Positions 54,285 through 64,000 of a stretch of DNA of 64,000 nt are shown in pieces. The notes beneath the pieces were generated by a model. It made no database searches and was not told the DNA's origin. It saw nothing but the letters and a program-made list of their open reading frames with translations. Every line of letters starts with the position of its first letter. The first letter of the stretch is position 1. The DNA is from Octopus vulgaris (lineage: Eukaryota): the NCBI GenBank assembly GCA_951406725.2, contig OX597817.1, positions 146,754,001-146,818,000 on the forward strand, read 5' to 3'. A program made the position numbers and the translations under genes.

Positions 54285-54364
54285 TTTTTTCTCCCCAAAA
54301 AGAAAAGCTCTACTTTGTGATCTGTCCCGTCTGTGTGCAGCCCTGTGTGGCTAATAAAGAAACA

Positions 54365-54422
<58 letters not shown>

Positions 54423-54540
54423 CGACGGTCTTTCACAGTTTCTGTCTACCAAATTCACTCACCAGGCTTTCACTCGCCCCTGGGTTATAGTATATCTCAC
54501 TTGTCCAAGGTGCTGTGCAGTGGGACTGAACCCTAACCCT
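53965..54540 (-). mobile_element. SINE family A (diverged) with (TCTA)n expansion and a 75-bp insert
   Basis: Tail at 53965, head portion 54420-54535. Confidence 0.7.
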
Positions 54541-55119
54541 GAACCCGAATCCATGGGATTGAAAAGCTTTATTCATCAACATTATTCATCCTCATTGTTC
54601 ATCAACAAAGTACTGTTGAATAATGATGTAATGGCATATATACTTAACCATAAAATTTATATATCATCAATTTACAACTGAGCAATTTACAACTAAACTT
54701 AGGATTTTCTATGGCATGAACAATTATGAGATATCTGTTCAAGACTAGCAAAAGGTGTCGATTTTATGTTCAGACGATGTTTTTATACTAAAAAGACGCA
54801 ATAAATTTGGCTGTTGCTGTTGAGCAACAAGGCGGGTAAGGGTGATTAGGTGATGGTCTAGGGCTTAGGGTCGGGAAAAAAAACTTTGGTCGTCTTGTTG
54901 TAGTCGAGGGCTCTTCGTTGACGCTCGACACCACTGGAAAGTAGCCCTCGAAGTCGCTGGAAATGGAGATCTCCAGGTCCAAATTCTCGAACGGCAATAT
55001 ACTTGGCTGTGCAGAATATTCTACGAAAGATGCAGACATACAAATATTCTACATTCTTTCATATGAGCATTATATATTCCTTTATTCACACATTCCTCCA
55101 TTTGCTCATTCTTCATTCT

Positions 55120-55950
55120 ATCCCAATACTTGACTAGTTCTTTATTTTATCGTCCAAAGAAAGGAGAAAAGCAAGTGACCTCAGCGGGATTTGAACTTTA
55201 AATATATGAAGCCGGAACAAATGTCGTAAGACGTTAGGTCCGTGACTCTGACGATTCAACCAATTCGCCACTCTAACTAAGTAGTATAATTCTGTCTAAC
55301 ATAGCTACAAATCTTGAAATCTTGGGGAGGGAAATATCCGATTATATCGACCCCGGTATCTTACTGGTACTTTATACGATCTACCTCGAGGAAATGAAAG
55401 GCAAATTTGACCTCGGCGGGATTTAAACTAAGAGTGCAAAGAGCCGAAAGAAATAGCGCGCAGCATTTTGTTCGACGCTCTACTGATTCCGGCAATCTCT
55501 TGTCTTTAACAGATGTTCTAATATACACACAAGGCATGAAATTTTAGGGAGGAAAAGTGTTCTGATTATATTAATTCCATTAACTTGGTAATTTATTTTA
55601 TCGACCTCGAGGGATGAAAGGCAAAGTCGACCTCGTTGAGACTTGAACTCAAAACCTAAACAAAAAACCGTAACGAATGCCAATAAGCGTAACGAATGCC
55701 AACGCTCTACCTATTTAGTAAGCCTACCGCTTTTAATTATTGTTTCTAAACAAAGCCATTTTGTAGGAGGGTATTATTTGGTTATATCAATCTCAGTATT
55801 TTACTGCTACTTTATTCCATCGACCCCAGAAAGCTGAAAAACAAAGTTGACTTTAGTGGAATTTGAACTCAGAATGAAAAATGTCAGGAAAATGCTTCAA
55901 TATATTTTTGTCCGACGCTTTAACGATTCTGCAAAACGCGTTGCTTTAAC
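55120..55950 (-). mobile_element. Four consecutive diverged SINE family B copies
   Basis: Repeated GACCTC.GCGGGATTT.AACT motif about every 200-230 bp. Confidence 0.7.
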
Positions 55951-57557
55951 AAAGTATAAGAACTAGTCTTTCGTGAAGACAGAAGACAAATTTCTGCAAG
56001 AGGAAGAATTGAATCGACTTTAGTATATTAACGAAAGACAAAGTGAAGGACAGCGAGATATCGAACCAATTGCCATAAAACATTTAGTCAGGCGATCTAC
56101 AGACTCACCCATCGAAAATGCTATTCTAAATGTAATATAATAAATTATACTGAAATTCTGCAGTAATTACAGACCAGAAGAAGCTAACCGATCGAACTCT
56201 TTATTTATGGATATGTGCAGACATATAATTAGACGATTTATATGTGGATTAGAAGAGATCATTTCATAGACGGAGTAGATTAGTGGGATAAAGACTTGAC
56301 AGTCGGTTCATTTAAATGTAAGATGCTATTAACTGAGAGTTACTTACTTAAATAGGTCCTTATTACAAGATCTGTGTTAGCGAAAACGAAATAAAAACAC
56401 CTGTTTCCTATCACAGAGAACGGCATACTAATCAAATGGAGAGGAAAATGCGGCGCCCCCAATAAATAGACAACAACAACAACAACAACAACCACTCGCT
56501 CTAAATGAAACAAAATAAAATGAAAACAAAAATGAAGAACAAAAATAAACAAAAGATGTTATTAGCTCAAACAACCATAGGCTGAGATTTAATGTTAGAT
56601 AAATTACAATTCCGATTCTTCGTTTAAGTATTTCTATTAATTGCTTGTTCAGAAAATGAAGGACAACTTTCATAATGGTTTTTGAGGACATCTGAGATTG
56701 ATAGGCGCAAAGGAGGAAGTTATATTAACTGGAGACCTGATTCAAATGGCAGAAAAAGTGTGTACTCCACTGAAGACAATTAATGGCCAGATATAGGTAT
56801 TAAACCAGATGCCGGATTATGTATACTACCCACCAAAATTCGGATCGTCTTTCCGACTACCTTCCACAATACTTTCGGTATACTAAATTCTACACACAAG
56901 ATTTTAATGGGCCATGAGGCTGGGGTAGAGATATTTGTTGATTGATTAGAGGAGGTAAATATGCATACTACACAACTATGTTACTAATGCACTTTTTCTG
57001 ACCCCAAACCAGCTTAAGATTATAGTAAATCTCGACGGCCATTTATTGCTGAAATAAAAATTAATTAAATAAAATCCGCCACAGTAATTAGCATTAAAAA
57101 TAGCTGTGAATTGTCTGTTAATAAGTAAAACGAAAATATCGTCTGCAAAAAAAAAAAACAAAAAAACAAAAAAGAAAACAGAAAACAGCGACAGTTTTTG
57201 GTAGTAACAGGATGTCACTGTGAATATAAAGATCAGTGAAGTCCAAGAAAGGTGACTGATAGAACACGTCAGGTCGTGTACCAAGTTTTTAAAGCAGACA
57301 GTAATTTCACAAGAGAATTACTACTTTTATTGCTGTACCCGAACGTTTAGACATTACTAAAGTAGAAGATTTTCTAAAGTAATTACTGAAAAAATGTAAT
57401 TGAATTTGATCTTGGTTATTCAATAAAAAATTTTGAGAAGGAAGATCTGGTGTCAGCAACTAATGAAGCTAGTAAAAGAAGTTCATTCGGAACTCAAATC
57501 TACAAGATAACACTCAAACGTTTATTTCCATTGTGTGGAACGTCGGAGAGAGATTCA

Positions 57558-57810
57558 ATTTCATACTTCGAAACACTATGTTATACATAGACTGTAAGTG
57601 TAAGGCTTTTAAAATTATAAAAAAATGCTGAATATTCACACACTAAAATATAGATAGACACATACATACATATACACATACATACATACATACATACATA
57701 CAGTTTCATATTTCGAAACACTGTTATACTTAGACTGTAAATGTAAGGCTATTAAAAGTATAAAAAATACTGAATATTTACACACAAAAATATAGATAGA
57801 CACATACATA
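57558..57810 (+). repeat. Diverged tandem duplication (~145-bp unit ending in (TACA)n)
   Basis: TTTCATA.TTCGAAACACT..GTTATAC.TAGACTGTAA.TGTAAGGCT occurs twice. Confidence 0.8.
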
Positions 57811-58050
57811 CATACATACACATACATACATACATACATACATACATACATACATACATACATACATACATACATACATACATACATACATACATACATA
57901 CATACATACATACATACATACACACAAATACAGAGGTACGCATACACACAAATACGGAGGTACACATAAATACAAATACGGAGTACCCATTCACATATGC
58001 ACACACATACATATATGGTTGTGCATGTTTGTATTTCTCTCCCTTCCTCC

Positions 58051-58164
<114 letters not shown>

Positions 58165-58799
58165 CAGCTGTCTGTATGTCTGCACATGACTGTAGCCGGG
58201 ATAATGACTGCTGGGTGTTCTCAATTATGAAAATGTTACCACCATTAGACATCTAATTTGCGAAAATTACAAAATTATTATTAGCTACATAATTATATTT
58301 GCATAGTGTTGCTCAAACCTGTTAATCGCTTCTGGTTACGAGGATCACCCCCCTCCACACACACACACACACAAACACGCACACACACGTACACAAACGC
58401 ACTGACGCACACACACATATATATATATATACATATCTATATAATTTATACACATAAACTTTGTATATATATATGTATGTATATATGTATATATCTAAAT
58501 AAATGCATATATATCATATGTGTGTGTGTGTGTGTATGTATCATCAAATACAGCAGACACATTTGAAATAAAAGTTATAATCAACGACTCGATCGTAAAT
58601 AAATATACATGTAGCCTCACTGTATAAAATAAATTTATGGTTAAAGTATATTTCTATCAGCAGCCAGCGAGTAAGATGAACTGATTAATCATTTCGTTCG
58701 CACTTTCGTTAAATCCATCTTCGGGATTCGCTTGTTCAGAATATGATTGCAGAGAGACATCTACGTGCAGGTAGGCGATGAAATTCTCATTGAAGATTA

Positions 58800-58916
58800 G
58801 ACGTAGGAGTGGCTGTGTGGTAAGTAGCTTGGGCAAATGTCTTCCACTATAGCCTCGGGCCGACCAAAGCATTGTGAGTGGATTTGGTAGACGGAAACTG
58901 AAAGAAGCCCGTCGTA

Positions 58917-58979
<63 letters not shown>

Positions 58980-59190
58980 ATATATGTTTAATTGGCTGTG
59001 TTTGTTGCCCCAACATCGCTTGAAAACCGATGCTGATGTGTTTACGTCCCCGTAATTTAGCGGTTCGGCAAAAGAGAACGATAGAATAAGTACTAGGCTT
59101 ACAAAGAATAAGTCCTGGGGGTCGATTTGGTCGACTAAAGGCGGTGCTCCAGCATGGCCACAGTCAAATGACTGAAACAAGTAAAAGAGT
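58800..59190 (+). mobile_element. SINE family A with internal deletion
   Basis: GGTAAGTAGCTTG joined to GGCAAATGTCTT across CTTG microhomology; intact tail. Confidence 0.85.
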
Positions 59191-59194
59191 TACC

Positions 59195-59640
59195 GAATCT
59201 TTCCTGGGCAGAATCCTCACAAGTGATGAAAAGTATGTTCCCTATAATCATATCCAACGAAAATGACAATTTTTCGCATCGAATAATCAAGGAGAGGCAT
59301 CCCCAAACTAAGACCACACACGTAAAAAGGTTATGCTCTGGGATTTGTGAGACCTACAACGAAGTGTTAATCAAAACGGAAAAATAAATTTCGAGAAGTA
59401 TTACTGTCAAGTAGAAGCATAGTACAGAATTTGCTGAGACACCGCCCATCACTGGTCAGTGGCAAAAGAAGTCACTGATAATACAAGATCCCATGTTATC
59501 AATGTCACTTAAGGAAGGATTATAGCGCTACATATAGATGTTTTGCCTCACCCTCCTTACTCTCCTGATCTTGTTCCAACTAACTACCAACTCTTCAAAT
59601 CATTGAAACATTACTTAGAAGGAAAAGCATTTAAATGTGA
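59195..59640 (+). pseudogene. Mariner transposase catalytic-domain fragment
   Basis: FLGRILTSDEKYVPYN..QRK and LPHPPYSPDLVPTNYQLFKSLKHYLEGKAF motifs. Confidence 0.85.
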
Positions 59641-60179
59641 ATATATATATATATATATATATATATCAATAATACAGTGATTGTTTCTTAACAGGAACAA
59701 AATGTTTATAGGACTGCTATAGAAGTGCTCAATTAAATGAGACAAATATATTAAACTGTGGTTGCAGAACAAACAAATACAAGGTCATCCACGTAACATT
59801 TCATATCTCGAACAATTAATCACATAATGCTTTTTCTTTCACATAGAATATACATGTATAACATCACGGAAGATGAAACACAACTCATCAGTACAAGCAT
59901 ATAAGAAAATACACGAAAGTGCGTGAATACAGTTCATCTCGGTTAAAAGTTAACGATTAATATTTTAGCGATTAAGAAATGTATATTTTTTAAAAACATT
60001 ACAACACCTAGAATAATAAATACATAAAAATATAAAAATATATAAATATATAGATATATAAAAATACATTTATAAATATAGGAAGCATATAAATAAGTAA
60101 TATATAGTATATAAAGTAAGATAAAAGTTCATCGTTTAGAAATTTTTTTCGATTAAAAATTACTACAACCCCACATCAA

Positions 60180-60445
60180 GGTAAAGTCGACCTCGGCGGA
60201 ATTTGAATTCAGAACGTAGCGACAGACTAAATACCTCTAAGCTAACGTTTCTGCAGCTGGCCGACTTCCACTCTGTATATATATAGTCTGTTGCTACGTT
60301 CTGAAATCAAATTCCGCCGAGGTCGACTTTACCTTTCATCCTTTTGGGGTCTATAAATTAAGTACCAGTTGCGTACTGGGGTCGATCTAATCGACTGGCC
60401 CCCCCCACCAAAAATTTCGGGCCTTGTGTTTAGAGTAGAAAAGAA
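60180..60445. mobile_element. Inverted pair of SINE family B fragments
   Basis: 60180-60229 is the inverted copy of 60284-60333; plus-strand copy continues to tail type 2. Confidence 0.8.
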
Positions 60446-60459
60446 TATATATACAAAGT

Positions 60460-61155
60460 GGGCTAAAAGTCGCACAGAAAATAAGGAATGCGACTACCTA
60501 ACACATTTTAATTGAAAAACCAGCATCCTCTACGGGCTTCCGAAAATCCACAAGAGCAAAATAATTACCGAAGCTTGCAAAAAGTCCACTTCAACCTGCA
60601 TCACTGTACCACATCCCACTGATCTCAAACTGTGAGACACACAGATGAAGCAACTTCATAGATATACTCTTAAAATCAATACTTAAACGCATATCAAGTA
60701 TCGTAAGAGATGAGCTGGACCTACTAAATCATCTCCCCAAACATACCTATAAAGACATTTTCATTGTCTCCTTTGATGTAGTAAATCTTTATTCTACAAC
60801 CCCACATCGATATGGACTGAAAGCCATTAAATTCTGGCTATAAAGATACCTCAATGAGGTCCTGGAAAGAAAAAATTATCATCGAGGGCCTTCAGTTTAT
60901 ACTTCAAAACAACTTTTTGAATTTTAATAATAATACCTACAGACAGATATCGGGGACTGCAATGGGTACTAAAGTTGCCCCGACTTATTCCGACCTGGTG
61001 ATGGCTTACCTAGAAATACAAATCTATAAACATTCCAAATCAAAATACGGCTTGTCTTTCCATAAATACCTCTTGGAGAATTGGAAACGCTACTTGGATG
61101 ACTGCCTCATACTATGGTGACACACACTTGAACAACTCAATGATTTCAAAAATTT
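60460..61155 (+). pseudogene. Penelope-like reverse transcriptase fragment
   Basis: LYGLPKIHK, VSFDVVNLYS, QISGTAMGTKVAPTYSDL, WKRYLDD motifs; stops and frameshifts. Confidence 0.9.
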
Positions 61156-61895
61156 AGACATGATCTAGACCAATCTTTGTTGAAGCATATCTAAGTTACC
61201 TAAGTTATGTCTAATGAACTCTGATGAGTTATCCGTGCTTTTAATCTTTTCTTTTTCTGAAGCTGTCAAATTGTAAAGGAAATTTAGGGATACCCTGTAT
61301 GTAATATACGCATATATATAATGCGCAAGTGCAGGATCCGTGAATCAGAGTGGCTACTTCAGTACATCTTCCTTGCAATCTTCCGGGGTAGTTTTTGTCT
61401 GCTGGGATCATGTGGCGCTTTGAATTATAGGAAATTGTACGTTCCACTCCTTAATGTAAAGTTATTCCATATAAATTGCTCTGTTTGTTATTAATGAACA
61501 GTACTATTAAATTCACGAGCGTATTCAAACTGTACAATACTTGTAAAATAACCATAACAGAGTTTACAGAAGTAATCAAACAGATTCATTCTTCTTCTCC
61601 ATATTGTTTACATGTAAATAGATTCGAAATTTACGAGAAAAGCATCTTAAAGAAAATTGACAACGAATAAAGCAGCACAATTCTCAAAAGAAAACAAACA
61701 AGAGTATAAAACGGTCATAGTAGGGAACAATTTTTCAACATTTTTAACCAATTTCATCTACCTTACAGACGTAACTAGTTAGATAAAAATGCCATAAGAT
61801 ATTTTGGTTTGACACACCGAGTTATCGGTCATGCTTTCACCGACAAACGCACACACATAAGGACAAAAGGTTTCCCAAATTTCGCTCTCAAGTGT

Positions 61896-62113
61896 GAAGT
61901 CCGTCGTATGTATGTATGTATGTATGTATGTATGTATGTATGTATGTATGTATGTATGTATGTATGTATGTATGTATGTATGTATATGTTCATATATGCG
62001 TATATATGACATCGTGCCTAATAATCATTTACATAGGTCCCACTAACCTCAAAACAACTTGTCAGATATATAAAGCCAAAAAGAACCCAGAGAAAGCACA
62101 GTCTGATGAAGGT
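61896..62113 (+). repeat. Direct duplication of 63238-63548
   Basis: GAAGTCCGTCG(TATG)n...GACATCGTGCCTAATAATC...GCACAGTCTGATGAAGGT in both. Confidence 0.9.
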
Positions 62114-62566
62114 ATTGAATCTAGAGCCCTGTGTTTGTGAAACGGTCGTCACCATCAACCGTAAAACACTCTGTCACAGATGGTGATATTTTCTAAGTTG
62201 AGAAACATTGATATGATATAATGGAGTTTTCCTTAAAATTTAGTGTTTCTTTGAGAATTTAAGATTAGTTTCAGGTGTTATTTATAGGTGTACATTTATT
62301 TATATTGAAAATGTTGATGTTTGGAGCTCTTTCACGGACTGACGTTGAACAAAAAGTATATGAGAGGATGGGCGGAAATGCCAAAAATAAAACATTTTCC
62401 ACAATAACAGTAAACCTCATACATACATATATAGTGCAGAAATATATACATAGTACATACATATATAAACACAAATATATACAGACTCTCGCGTATATAA
62501 TTATATTCCATAACGCACAATAATACACATAGACACATTGAAATACACACCCATGTATACCCCGTG

Positions 62567-62598
<32 letters not shown>

Positions 62599-62774
62599 AA
62601 ATACATATATATGTGTATGTATTTAATTTTATTCACCAAAAAACAGATAAAAAACATATTTTTTAATTATATTATATTATTTTAATTATATTTCTTTAAT
62701 TCTCTTTTATTAAATTATCATCGTATTCTTGTTATACTTCTTTATATCATTATATCATTATTTCTGTAATTTTT

Positions 62775-62816
<42 letters not shown>

Positions 62817-63695
62817 AATTGAAAAGCAATAGTTTCTACAATTAATTTTTTTAGCAGTTTAAATAACGTCTGAAGCCGAGATTATCTTTAAAACAGTTCA
62901 AAATCAATATAATATCTGGCCGATTCCCACGTAAGAATTTGAAATATGTAAATTTAATTAATTGATATATAACACTTTTTAAAAAGCTTCTCATATTTTC
63001 TATACAATGAAATTCCAGCGATTCCCTATATGTGTCCAACAATGGCCACCACATTTATTGTCTGTGTTTTCAATCTGGAATGTTAGTTGAAAAGAAATTT
63101 ATGTTACTAAAGAAGTTCACTTCGTAGCTACAATGCCTCAGGTTTAATTCCGTAGCTGACACCATAGGCAAGTGTCTTCCATAGCACCGAGCCGACCAAT
63201 ACTTTGCGAGTTTATTTTGTATAGAGAAAAATGTATGGAAGTCCGTCGTATGTATGTATGTATGTATGTATGTATGTATGTATGTATGTATGTATGTATG
63301 TATGTATGTATGTATGTATGTATGTATGTATGTACGTACGTATGTATGTATATATGCATGTATGTATGTATGTATGTATGTATGTATGTATGTATGTATG
63401 TATGTATGTATATATATATATATGTTCATACATATATATGACATCGTGCCTAATAATCATTTACATAGGTCCCACTAACCTCAAAAAAACTCGTCAAATA
63501 TTATATAAAGCCAAAAAGAACCCAGGGAAAGCACAGTCTGATGAAGGTGAGCAAGCCGAAACTTCCAAAGAATTCCCGAAGAAGGGGTCCTAACGTTGAA
63601 TTATTGAAATAACAAGTAAAACCATCGATCTGTATTTTTGTTATAACTTGCATTTTTTCGGTTCAAAAACTAATAATTAAAAGATTAAAAACATA

Positions 63696-63765
<70 letters not shown>

Positions 63766-63779
63766 CACACAGCGTTACT

Positions 63780-63821
<42 letters not shown>

Positions 63822-64000
63822 TACATATATAAGAGGTTTTTGCATAAGATAAGAAACCAAAGCTGTGTAGATATTAGAGCATTTATAGATAGAAGGTCTT
63901 ACAGCTGTTTCTAGGATAAATCCTTAAAATCCTTAAAAATGTTTTAGCCCGAAGGCCGCGGCCATGCTGGGGCACCACCGCTGGATATTTATTAATTATA

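Noticed and set aside
54788-55039. 83-aa ORF in a GC-richer island with TAGGG-like repeats
   Set aside because: No recognisable domain or termini; cannot be classified from sequence alone.
58657-58800. Possible host exon on the minus strand (LIFNENFIAYLHVDV...)
   Set aside because: No recognisable homology or splice context; it lies just upstream of the SINE-interrupted mariner fragment and is more likely its decayed N-terminal part.

Overview
AT-rich, microsatellite-saturated eukaryotic DNA with no recognisable host protein-coding exon. The SINE families, Penelope-like and Dong/R4 content and simple-repeat load point to an octopus (coleoid cephalopod) intron or intergenic region; the taxon is an inference. 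Almost all listed ORFs are microsatellite translation artefacts. The real content is mobile DNA: four tRNA-headed SINE families, non-autonomous Helitrons, mariner, hAT and Merlin-like DNA elements, Dong/R4 and RTE LINE fragments, and many Penelope-like element (PLE) pieces. The most interesting layer is a dense set of type-I hammerhead ribozyme (HHR) motifs (about 8 with an intact core plus several variants) tied to PLE-like fold-back insertions. These include a 1.6-kb snap-back element whose two ~99% identical arms differ by one 386-bp intron-like segment, and a tRNA-headed SINE-like element carrying an HHR. A 285-bp templated capture also links two Helitron copies 19 kb apart. All alignments and RNA pairings were read by eye; boundaries of degenerate elements are approximate.
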